Shown piece after piece: positions 38,394 through 50,900 of a DNA stretch of 64,000 nt. The stretch's first letter is position 1, and every line of letters starts with the position of its first letter. Source of the stretch: Ruditapes philippinarum (Eukaryota); the NCBI RefSeq assembly GCF_026571515.1, contig NW_026855528.1, positions 310,001 to 374,000 on the forward strand. Direction: 5' to 3'. A program made the translations under genes and the position numbers. A model generated the notes under the pieces. The model saw nothing but the letters and a program-made list of their open reading frames with translations. It was not told the origin of the DNA and did no database searches.

Positions 38394-41300
38394 TTACATT
38401 GTTCTGTATCCACCTTGGCGCCGACTTGCATATACTCTGTACACCACAAAGATGATTATACAAAGTCCAATTCCTAACGCAATACCCCCGCCAAATGATC
38501 CACCATCAAATCCTTTTTGTGGTGCGGGTGTAGGGTTGCCTGGAGGTAGTGTGGTTACAATAGGGACTATTGTAGCAGGTGTTGTTGGTTCGAGCGTAAT
38601 AATGGTTACGGGAATGGCTGACCCTGCAAAACAGTAATGCGATCACAGTAATAATCTGGAAAATTGAAAGCAATTGAAGGACGGTTTGTCCCGATCTTTG
38701 TTTAAAGATACAGGAGCAACATTGTAGATTTGTGTTTTATATAAACTAGCTCGAGACAAAAAGTAATATTTAAGACCATCATTTTATCTCTAATTTCATG
38801 CATCACATTTAGTGTTTTGCAGTGTCACTTTCGGGTAGATACATGTAATCAATGGACTTGTATATCACACATCTTAAAGCTTCTACGAAATAATAACAAC
38901 AAAATGGGTGTGAACCTTGTCTTTAGGAACTTAAGTTTAAACATTGCTCTGCAGCGGAAACAGATTCCTCACATGCGACAAGTGCAGACGAAGGTCATCG
39001 TCTGCATCATGCACGTGGTAATTATATAGGCTGACACACGATCATCAATATTACCCTTAGCAATACCTTAAATGGAGTTGCCCGTCTTTCAATCTGGACA
39101 AACCATTTTTCACTTTTAGGGGACGTTTTACTGACTGAATAGCGCCATGCAGTGCATATTATGATCAGACGGCACGGATGTACTGATTGGCCTTGGTCTG
39201 CAATGGTCGCATGGGTAACCTTAGTTGCACCAGCAGAAGTTAACGCATTATTGTCAAACCAAGTAACTTAGTTTGATGAAATCCAAATCCGTATAAAGTG
39301 TTTTTTACTTGTGGATTGCACAATCGGTCGATGTTATCTTTCACAACCTCAAAAGAAAACCATAGGATACATGTGAATTCATTAACAGAATGATCTGTTG
39401 AAGTAAAATCTGTTGTTTTTTCTCTCTTGTAGACAGCTGTTTGCTTTAGAAAGTTTTTATATCAAATATGTGGATATGCATATCATGTAGAGGAGGTTAC
39501 ATAATCTTTCAATCATGCCAAATATCAAATACATCATCAGCAACAAGGAGAAAAGAATATGGTATGATATCTTTCTTATTAATACAAAGAATGCATAATT
39601 TTGTTTTCTTTTGTTACGAAAGAAACCTATAGACATATTTGTGGACAACATTTTAAGCATATCCCGGGGACTTACCCGGTGTTGATGTAATTGGTCCAAT
39701 GGTTGGTGCCGTGTCTGTTTTTCCTGAAGCCGGTGGCATAGACGCTGCTGACACTGTCTGGCCTGTAGCTGGGTTTATTGTGGCAGCTCCTCCAGTTGTC
39801 ATGGGAATTAAAGTCACATTTATTGCCAAATCATTGCCATCCTCTAAGTCTAGGGCTGGGGCAGCTCGAACTGAAATAACACGGTACATAGTACTAACTT
39901 CTTTTGTATAATTAACATTATTACCTCGGTGTATAGAAAAATGGCTAATGTATAAAGAGATGTAACATTAATCTATATTTAATGAGGATCCATCCGTCTG
40001 TTAAAAAACAAAAGGTAGCTTTCGCTATCGCATACTGGCCGAAGACATGCTATAAGACATATTCTAAAAGGGTTGATTTTGAAGCAAGATGTAGTGATAA
40101 TTAACCTCTGTGAAATATAGCCAAAGAGATTAATTCTGAAACGAAAAAATGTCACTGTTCCGCGGGCAATGAGAAGCTTAAAGTAACCTGAAACAATAAC
40201 TGAAAAAGGTTTGTAAGCTACATTAAGCCAGCTTAGTGTATGCCTTTCAAGCCGCCTCTACATGCTAAGGTCTAGAGAGAATAGTACTCAAAAATATATT
40301 GATAGTTATTGATTGTTCTAGCAAATTTTGTATATTGAATGGTATTTTTTCCTAACTCTGATAAAACCATTAAATATTCCGATTTATTCCCTGTTTAATC
40401 TTTTGATATCAACATTAACGTAGTACAATCAGGCATTAGTATACAGTACGTGAAAATCCTTTGTTATGCAGAAAGAGATATGCAAAATATAATTAAGAAA
40501 TATACTCAAAAATAAATATTACTATACATTGTCCGATTTGAGTGAAAGGCTTTGCAAACATTTTCAATATCGATCATTTTTCACAATTGGAATATTTATT
40601 CTGGAAATACAAAGTGATCCAATGAACTGAAATTTTGCACATAAGTTACTTTTCTAGTCCTACACGAAATGGAATATTTATCTCGAACAAATATTTCCAG
40701 TCCCATCATTGTCAAAAAATCTCAGTGGAGTCCCTTTAACTACTACATGTCGTACATTTATTTTTATCCCAGGAAAACATGATAACCTTTCAACTTTTAC
40801 ATTTGGCAATTCAACAAACTGACCACGTGAACATTTTAATTGAATAATCTTATCTCTCATAAATTTGCAGACCGAGGACATTTTGTATACATGCCATTTA
40901 GAAACTGCATTTTAATATTACAATTTAAAAGACAGGATAAGGACAGCAAAAAAAATGCAGGTTTAAATATGTTTTTTATCAGTGATAACTTTTAATAAAG
41001 CATTTCTTTGCAATAATTTTCACAAAAAATAGATGGAATGTTTATTCTTGCATATCAGACTGGCGTTTCCGTGAGTTTTACCCATGCCGGAAATTTCATC
41101 TGGCATGGGGGGGGGGGGGGGTGCCAGGTGTGTCGCGTGCTGTACAATAGCACGCTTAGGATGGCGTCATTTTACCGTTATGAATGAAGTTGTAATTCAT
41201 ACGCTGTTGTAAGAAAGTAGTTACTGTTGCAATGATATAAATTTCCTTTGAATTTAAAGATAAAAATTTAAAATATAATGGAATATGGTAGAATATGCAA

Positions 41301-42225
41301 GAAAAAATATCTGACATATGTGTGCGGTTCGGATCGGAATATTCGTCCCTCGGTCACTCGCTCATGGGCGGGTCACCTCGGGACGGATATTCCGATCCGA
41401 ACCGCAAAATATGACAGATATTTTTAAACTTGTAGTGGAAATATTGTATATTCCGTACAGAATGTTTCATGTGTCATACCCATGTTTATTGCATTAAGAT
41501 TGACTTCGCATGGCACTTTATTTACATGATAAAAAGGCCATCAACAATAACACATTTGATATTTATATATGATAGAGATATTATATCAAATAAGCCGAAA
41601 GTCAAAATTGTAATAATGCATGATTGGCGACTTTTATAAGTTGGAATAGCCGGTGCTAGGGGACACGATCGGTAGCTTGCATTTCCCATAAACATTTCAA
41701 TTATGCCGTCTGGATCATTCTTTAAGGATACGTTATTTGAGATTAGCAGAGAATAGAATCCTTAACGTAATGTGACAACATATTCAAAACTATCTCAAAT
41801 ACATGCATTCACTAAAGACAACTGTTTTGAGATACATGTGCTTACCTTTCGTCACTAGATTACACACATTTTAAGATAACAAGAAATATGTAAATTAAGA
41901 AAATCAGGAAAATATCCCTCGGGAGAATGAAAACAAAGGTTATTTTGTGAAATTTGTAGACTCGGTTTGAGTCTGTTCATGAGAGATAATCGAAATTACA
42001 AAATCTGTCAAGCCCCCCCCCCCCCCCAGCACCGGCTTAAGCAGCATTCACTGTTCAACGGCATTATTGATCTCGGAGGATATAACAATATTCATAGTTC
42101 TAGAATTGTATGTGTATTTACATTCCGTGTGACACATTATAGCTTTTTTATCTTTTAACCACAATATATGTATATGTACATCATTAAAATTGTTTCTTTT
42201 AAATTGCTTGGTTTCCTCAAATATA

Positions 42226-42268
<43 letters not shown>

Positions 42269-44564
42269 AAATATAACTTTTTTTAAGAGTATAAAGTAAA
42301 CACGTTTCATTGATAGCCGATCCCTAGTTAGCAAGTAGGGTAGGATATCTCTGTATGTACATGTAAGTTGTACCCATGTACATACCAGTACAATCTCGTT
42401 ATAGATAATGTCTATATGGGAGTAAATCGTATTTTATCATGTTTATTTTTGATAACAACTTAAAACTATGCTGATATCATCCATGTATAATGATGTAAAA
42501 CATGTTTGGCTGAAAGTAGAAATACAAATTTACACTTTAACAATGAAATGATATTAAATTGTAGTATTTTCATTGATATATAAAGATATAAAACATGTTT
42601 GACTGAAACTAGAAACAGATATTTACACTTTAACAATGAAAAAACAGAAGAAGATTTAATTGTAATATGAATATGATAAAATGAATGATATCAAAATTTG
42701 AGAGAAGTTTTGAAATAATAGTAAACGATTCTCTGTGTAACTAAAGCATATTCATAATTTACAAACTGTATGTAGTATTTCATTATTAGTATTTTTTGAG
42801 CTGGTAAAAAATCGGGTTTTTTTACAGAAATAAAGTGATTCTAGATTATCGTTCTCCTAGAAGTTAATTAACCTCAGAATAATTTGGTCCGTAGTTTAAC
42901 TGCCTCTCAAAAGTGTTATGTCTATGATTATGTTTTCCGTGATTCGAGCATTTCAAATGGTGGCCATTTAAATGTTGAACACTGTTTTGAATCTACTGTG
43001 TATATGATATCATAAAGCTGAGAGACACTTCTAACACAGGTTTAACCTACCTAAATTCCTTCTAGGGAAACACTAATATTATAAAAATGGTTATAAGCCG
43101 GAAGCAGATTTGAGCCGTGTCATGACAAAACCAACATAGTGCGTTAGCGACCAGCATCCACGCAGGCTGGTCTGGATCCATGCTGTTCGCTTACAAACCC
43201 TATATCAAGTAGAGAAACTGATAGCGAACAGCATGGATCCTGGTCAGACTGTGCGGATGCGCATGCTGGTCTGGATCCATGCTGGCCGCAAACGCACTAT
43301 ATGTTGGTTTTGTCATGACGCGGCTCATTATGTACATACATGATGCCGGTATATCAATAACGCTCGCTTTCTTTGGTTCCAATAAAATCAAGAGTACATT
43401 GTTTGCTATGACTTGGAAACGGGCTATACAGTAACTGACCCGAAAATTTAACAATTTTGTGAAAAATGTCATTGTATTCATCTGTTCATTGAAGTGGAAT
43501 TTGTAGGAATGTTAGTTTCTACACTAGAAAAGTATGTGAGCATTTTTTTAATTTATTTTATGCATTATTTTTTTGGAATTAGCATGTAAAAAGGAAATCT
43601 TTGAATTATTAAATCATTCACATGCAATTTCGAAAATGCGCGCGCCATCAGCTGCACCAGATAGGTCATTCAAAATAAGTCGTGTAAATTTGCGCACATT
43701 TTCTAAATACTAGATATATACTTTAAATATTGCTCATAAATGTAAAATCTTTAAAAGTACATACACTTCATTTACAATGTAACATTACATTTTATTTTAA
43801 TTTACATTTGCGGATGAGTTGATTTGGTCCGTTCGTAAGGGAAGCGAGCGGTGCAACCGTGGGCGCTACCGGAAATAAATCCTAATGCGGGAATAAGTCC
43901 GGATGAACATGACACAGAATTGTGTACGTTACTAAGTGATATACATTTAACTATAATGTTCATGTACTTTATATATTTGATCTATACGTCAGAGATGTGT
44001 GTAGATATATCCCTTCATTCTAGAATGTATTCAATGATAATTGCTGTGATAAATCATCATTATCATGTTGTTATTATATTTTGTAATGATTCTTGCGATT
44101 TTTGTACAGCTATGTTAAACTATTTAAAAGATTTTTCACTATTTTTGTAATCTGATTACAATCGAATTTACAAGCAAAACATATGAGAAAAAATATGTTG
44201 TAAATTTGAACGATAACGATTCCCTAGGTGTTGCGTTCAGAATGTCTTTCATTGTACGAATGTTTAATTCATAAAGATGCAATAGATATATATGTAACTT
44301 TATTACCAGTTGTAAGTCGATCATGTCAACTTCTTTCTGATTTATCTTCATCTTCATAACAAATGTTTTTTGTTTTTTGTTGTTTTTTTTTCAAAATTTA
44401 TTCCTGTGTTGGGCTACATTTTTTTTCTTTGGTTTCTTTTTTTCTTTTATTTATTTTTAGTTTTACAATTCTTTTCTACCTAGTATGAATGAATACCTAA
44501 TATAAAAAAGAAACAAACCTGTATTCCCAACGCACAAAATCAGTATCACCGCCAGATATTTCAT
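38394..44564 (-). CDS. CD164/TMEM123 (porimin)-like sialomucin, cassette B isoform (156 aa; 159 aa with candidate microexon)
   Basis: complement join(44519..44564, [41846..41854], 39676..39870, 38394..38623). Signal MKYLAVILILCVGNTVRA; Thr/Pro-rich mucin; QKGFDGGSFGGGIALGIGLCIIIFVVYRVYASRRQGGYRTM*. Has the family motif and a C-terminal GYxxPhi lysosomal/endosomal sorting signal. No Cys-rich domain, as in porimin. Confidence 0.88.
41300..41425. repeat. Imperfect palindrome (non-autonomous hairpin element)
   Basis: AAAAATATCTGACATAT..TGCGGTTCGGATCGGAATAT / ATATTCCGATCCGAACCGCA..ATATGACAGATATTTTT. Confidence 0.75.
42226..42270. repeat. (TAAA)n microsatellite
   Basis: Directly visible. Confidence 0.95.
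43111..43327. mobile_element. Palindromic MITE of the same family as 13586-13805
   Basis: TGAGCCGTGTCATGACAAAACCAACATAGT / ATGTTGGTTTTGTCATGACGCGGCTCA. Confidence 0.9.
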
Positions 44565-45082
44565 ACTTTCTGTTCTATTGAATAATTGTTTCTGATCAAT
44601 TTATTTAAAATATACTATCGTCTTCACGAATAACACAGATTTACTGAAAATTTTAGTATTTTAATTTAAAGTTATAGACACGTCCGTAACCATGTAATTT
44701 CACAATAATTTGATCAGGGCAGTAGTTTATAGAACATTATCACCATCACGGGTTCAGGGATAGTTGATCAAAGTTCGTCTGTCTGTCTGTACGTACGTTT
44801 GAAATATCATCCCAATGATGAGTAGGTTTAACCTTTATGATGATAGATAAATGTGAAAATGAAACAGGTGAATATCTCCTGATAACATTTCAATGACAGT
44901 GTCCATATTGTTTACATTTTATTTTAAACATTCTACGTTGCTATTGCTCGTGTAAATGTGATAACGGCAATAAGTATTACTATATTTTACCTATTTTTAA
45001 TATTTATTTTTTTAGAAAAAAAATCAGGACGGTAGAAGATTTCCTTATAGAATGATAATAATTATAGTCAACAGGTGAAAAT

Positions 45083-45245
45083 TGAAGTGAAATTTCTATT
45101 TTCTAAGTTACAAAAATATTGAGTAGGTTTTTCACCTTCTAGAATCCATTTTGCACTTGATCTTGTTAGTGCTCTTCCTAATTTCTTCTGTCTTATTTCA
45201 AAAAAGTTCTTTCTTTCCTTTTTTTCTTCTAGCAAGGTTAAATCA
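45083..45245 (-). mobile_element. L1/Tx1-type LINE ORF2 fragment
   Basis: Minus-strand frame reads FEIRQKKLGRALTRSSAKWILEGEKPTQYFCNLENRNF, matching the RS.A.W.E.GEK.TKYF.NLE motif between endonuclease and RT in L1/Tx1 ORF2. Confidence 0.8.
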
Positions 45246-47012
45246 CTTGAATTTTGGAGTGTTGAAATGTCTCACTGGCAGTTTCTCTGTAGACCGAACA
45301 TCGCCATCTGACACACCAGATACAATACTCAATATCATATTATCACTAATACTCTTTTCCTTTCTCATATAATCCGTCTGTGGTATGATTTGCCTGTGTC
45401 CTTATAAGCTAGTCCCAATTTAGATATTATTTACTGGTCAGCAGCATCCCTTCTCTACCAATTCTTAGTCAAAACTGTTCCTATATATCTTATAGTTCCT
45501 TATAACTGCTCTTTCCTAATAAATGACACATAACATGTATTTGTTGTAACAAGTATTCACAGACAACGCACTTGCTAAGTGTAGTCGTCAACGATTATAA
45601 AGAAGTATTGCGTAGATGAAGTGTTAAAACCTTTGCCTTTGGTGGTTTGAAATAAAATTGATACATGTATACGGAACTATTAAATACACCTATAAATTCA
45701 GGACAGTGCGTGAAAATGTCTTAGACTAGACAATCTCAAAGTTTCAATTCAGAACCACTATACTAAATTTTTTTTAAAGTTTTCTCTACCGGTTTTGGTT
45801 TGGTGCCTTCTAGGCCCACTGCTGTTGTGGCTGAATTGTGTCGGGGCTGCGTAATATGAACGTCGTCTTTGACTTGTTGATCTTTGTTCTCATTTTACCA
45901 ATGTATGTCATTCATTTTTAACTATCCAACTTTGTCAAGTCTATTTCAGCAAAATCCCTACCAAGTGTAGGATTATATGTTCATGATGTTGTTTTTCGTG
46001 GATTAATATAGAACTTGGAAGACCACGACATGTTAAATGAAAAATAAAATGTATAAATAAACAAATTTGGACTTCAAAATATTAACTAATCCAGTGTTAC
46101 GCAACTGTATTCAACAAAGTACCAATTTATACTCGTATTATCCCAAATCTACAATCATACTTGTGATCGAGCTTTCGTTACTAAAAAGGTTAAGAAATCG
46201 AAACTGATTCATAATTATATAAGCTATACGCTGAATGGAAAAGGCGTACATAGCTAACCGAGACAAAAACTTACCATTCTAATTAAATTTGGAATCAATT
46301 ACCTTTTCTGGTGATTCTTATAACTGTTACAACAAAATATGCCATTTATTTGCAAAATAGAAAAACTGTATTGCACCACTTATGCCTGAGGATATGTCAT
46401 TCGCAGCGTATACATGTCCGCTAGATATTTTGTAAGGACCAGTTTGAATATTGGTTCCCGAACCCAAACCTGTAATCTTTAATGAATAGTGTATAGGATA
46501 AGATAAGCTAAGTTAAGATAAGATTATCTTTATATATAGTCGGTTACAATAAACATAATAACACTAGCTATCTAAGATAAATAAGCACATATTGATAAAA
46601 AAACTGATTACAAGCACATATTACATAACAATACAACAGAATATAATTCATTTTAAATACACTTAACTTATTAAGAGAAATTAAAACAAAAATGGAGGGA
46701 TCAGTCATGGTTCAGTACCAACCGAAGACTGACCCAAAGACCAACAGGCTGCTTGAGCATATATCAGTAGTAGCAATCTGATATATATTCAGCCATGAAA
46801 TTAGGACTATGAAATAACATATACATGCATCAATATATTAGTTTGAAACGTTTGTGTGGCAGTCGCTGAACTTGGCCTGGCCTAAAATATGAACTTAGAC
46901 GATGTGGGGTAAGATTATGAGGAAAAATTGTGCCAGACATTAAAAAAACGATTTAAAAGCTGTAATCACCAAAATCAAATTTGGGAAGATGATTAGCAGC
47001 TACCACACACGT

Positions 47013-47043
<31 letters not shown>

Positions 47044-47219
47044 AACAAAACACATTTGACATGGCAGAAAGCTATCCCAGCAGGAGCTATAGTCTACCTT
47101 AGGACCTTTTTTATAACTTTCTTTGAAACGCAAAATTTTCTCAATTTTTATCTTAGGACCGACTTAATTAAGACTTAAATTATATAGGACTCTCCATGGA
47201 ACGCAGCCCTGAATCCGCC

Positions 47220-47460
47220 ATAATCTAAGCTCGTTCGTAAGGCTATTCTAGACCTTGGTGGCTTCGTAGCGGAAGCTTTCCTGACCATTAGTTTCTGTAT
47301 TTACTCTTAGAGTTGTGTCAGATAAGCCATAGGCATTAAGTTTCAAAACAACAAAGTCGCGTGGCAGACAAAATTGCCTTAGACATGTCCATAAGTATAT
47401 TGCTGCTTTATACTCACGCCTATCCGAGACATTTTCCCAGTCTTCTTTTAGCCGCAATTA
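47220..47460 (-). mobile_element. CR1/L2-type LINE relic (RT fragment joined to the C-terminal segment, frameshifted)
   Basis: RLKEDWENVSDRREYKAA / ILMDMSKA / CLPRDFVVLKLNAYGLS resembles the RT DLSKAFD region; it is followed by RVNTETNGQESFRYEATKV*NSL, the CR1-type ORF2 end. Confidence 0.75.
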
Positions 47461-47905
47461 GAAATTAGTTTGAAAGAACCTGTAAAAGTTTATAGTAGTA
47501 CCAAGGTGGTATCACTAAATTTTCTGACGAAACTGAGTGAACATGAATTTAAAAATATGATAAATATACTCAGATATATGTACCTGATATACTATACTGT
47601 ACAGTAGCGTTTAAATTGAATTTTATAGTATTATTGCAGTTTATAGGAATATATTTCATTAAAGAATAATACATATTTATAATATTCATTATGTAAATAC
47701 AGTTTCAATTTATTTGCAAAATTTTTATAATCTTCCTTTACGAAGTATAGTATAAAGCTCTTGCGGGTAATTAATATTCTCTTTTTCGTAGTTTAATTAA
47801 TTAGGTTCATTTAGGAAACAAGATGTCAGCTTCCATATGAATTATGTAAACAAATGAAGTTTGTTTAAGATTATTTTATAATTCGCCGGTGTACATAGGT
47901 AAAAT

Positions 47906-50900
47906 ATGAGTGACAAACGAAAGCGGGCGCGTGTCCAAGGCGGCTGGGCTCCACCCTCGAACGTAAGATCTGATCGGAACAAAGCAAAACCTGCGAATGT
48001 GCCAAATTGGGTTGGAAAAAACATAGATCAAGTAAATTTGCCTTCAACTTCAAATGAAAAGAAATTCGTCTATGAGCAATCATCAGAGGTAAGACTTTAT
48101 TGAATTTGGCATAGACACTTGGGGTAATGTGCGTGGCTCCCCAGTTGTATACGGGATACGAAAAAGCCCCCCCCCGGACGAAAGCTACCCCCATCAAAAA
48201 ATGACAAGGTGGACAAAAGCCCCCCCCCCCCCCTCATGAAATTTACACATAAGACAAAAGCCTCCACCCATCAAAAATACAGGTAGGACAAAAGCCCCCA
48301 GTCTATCAAACAATTGTAATTGAGAACCTTGTCAGTTTATGTTGAGACAAGTCAATAAATTGATAAAAGTCTAATTCTTAAAAGTAAATTAACAAAAAAA
48401 AAAAAAAAAAAAAGGGCCATGTAAGAGTTCCTCCACGTGGTGTGGCCTGGATACAGATGAGCATATGAAAACATATATTAAACATCTGTAACTGAACGCT
48501 CTTAAAACGATTATATTAACTGCGAGTCAGTAAATATAATCTCCTATACTGGACGCTAACTTTCTTCCGGGCGCTTTGTTAGAGCGACATGAAATTACAC
48601 GGGTAAACGTCAGTTATATAAATAGAAAAAAAAAGATAAGTAAGATTATTTTTTCTACCACAAATACCTTAATACATAATAATATACATTATTGACAATA
48701 AATATAACCCTTCTGACTGTTTAAATTAACAATAATGCTTCGGGACGCTTCATGACATTTCGGGACGCTAAATTTCTTCGGGACGCTTTGTTAACGCAAC
48801 ATTGGAAACGTCAGTTTTCGCGCTGTATAATAATATTTTGTGGATGAAATGTTTATTTCCTTCTTTATGTCACTTACACATATCGTAAAAGAACTTAATT
48901 ACGATTTATCTTTGCTTAGATAAAAATAAAAATCATGAATACGTTTCGGGACACTATGTTAGTCATTACGCGACTTGAACTATGCTTGGATAGATGTACG
49001 ATTTCGGGCGCTATAAAGATAATTTTATGTATGGAAAACATTTTTCTCGCTATTGTTACTTATATAACTATTTCATTAACTAAAATTACGAAGTATTTCA
49101 AAATAATTTTGGTTTAGATAAACATTAAACCTTCCGGACGCCCCTAGCGGTATACGGTGGTTTTTGAGCAAGTGAACTGGAGTCGAAGGTATGTTAGTTT
49201 TTTATATAAATAGAAAAAAATGATAAGTAAGATTATTTTTTTCTACCACAAATACCTCAATACATAATAATATACATTATTTACAATAAATATAACCCTT
49301 CTGACTGTTTAAATAAACAATAATGCTTCGGGACGCTTCATGACATTTCGGGACGCTAAATTTCTTCGGGACGCTTTGTTAACGCAACATCGGAAACGTC
49401 AGTTTTCGCGCTGTATAATAATATTTTGTGGATGAAATGTTTATTTTCTTCTTTATGTCACTTACACATATCGTAAAAGAACTTAATTACGATTTATCTT
49501 TGCTTAGATAAAAATAAAAATCATGAATACGTTTCGGGACGCTATGTTAGTCAGTACGCGACTTGAACTATGCGTGGATAGATGTACGATTTCGGGCGCT
49601 ATAAAGATAATTTTATGTATGGAAAACATTTTTCTCGCTATTGTTACTTATATAACTATTTCATTAACTAAAATTACGAAGTATTTCAAAATAATTTTGG
49701 TTTAGATAAACATTAAACCACCCGGACGCCCCTAGCGGTATACGGTGGTTTTTGAGCAAGTGAACTGGAGTCGAAGGTATGTTAGTTTTTTTTATATAAA
49801 TAGAAAAAATGATAAGTAAGATTATTTTTTTCTACCACAAATACCTCAATACATAATAATATACATTATTTACAATAAATATAACCCTTCTGACTGTTTA
49901 AATTAACAATAATGCTTCGGGACGCTTCATGACATTTCGGGACGCTAAATTCTTCGGGACGATTTGTTAGCGCAACATGGGAAACGTCAGTTTTCGCGCT
50001 GTAAAATAATATTTTGTGGATGAAATGTTTATTTCCTTTTTAATGTCACTTACACATATCATAAAAGAACTTAATTACGATTTATCTTTGCTTAGATAAA
50101 AATAAAAATCATGAATACGTTTCGGGACGCTATGTTAGTCAGTACGCGACTTGAACTATGCGTGGGTAGATGCACGATTTCAGGCGCTATAAAGATAATT
50201 TTATGTATGGAAAACATTTTTTTCTCGCTATTGTTACTTATATTACTATTTCATTAACTAAAATTACGAAGTATTTCAAAATAATTTTGGTTTAGATAAA
50301 CATTAAACCTTCCGGACGCTTTGTCGGTATACGATGGTTTTTGAGCAAGTGAACGGGAGTCGAAGGTATGTTAGGTTTTTTTTATATAAATAGAAAAAAT
50401 GATAAGTAAGAATATTTTTTTCTACCATAAATACCTCAGTACATAATAATATAGCTCATTTACAATAAATATAACCCTTCTGGCTGTTTAAATTAACAAT
50501 AATGCTTCGGGACGCTTCGGGACGCTAAAATCCTTCGGGACGCTTTTTAGTGAGACCCAAAATCGGTATGTTTAATTTAACAAATAAATGCAATTGTTTT
50601 AAAAGATAATTTACATTAAAATTTAAAGGTGCAAAAGTTCTAAATTGATTTATTGTGTAATTTTTATATGTAATTCATTGATGATATGAATGTTTTTATG
50701 TTTACTTAACTATATATTATAAAGTACAAATGTAAATGAATATTTTCAGAGAATCGCTTATCAAAGCTTACCAAGGAAATGAAAGTGAAAGGCGCATACT
50801 TGTTTAGATTTATTTGAAGTATAACCCAAGTTCCCGAACACTGGGAGTGTGTAAAAAGATAGTAATCAGCCTGGTCTATAAACCTTAGGGGGGCTTTTGT

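Noticed and set aside
48935-49705. Two near-identical 60-aa ORFs
   Set aside because: They are units of the 588-bp tandem repeat; the third copy is frameshifted and there is no protein motif.
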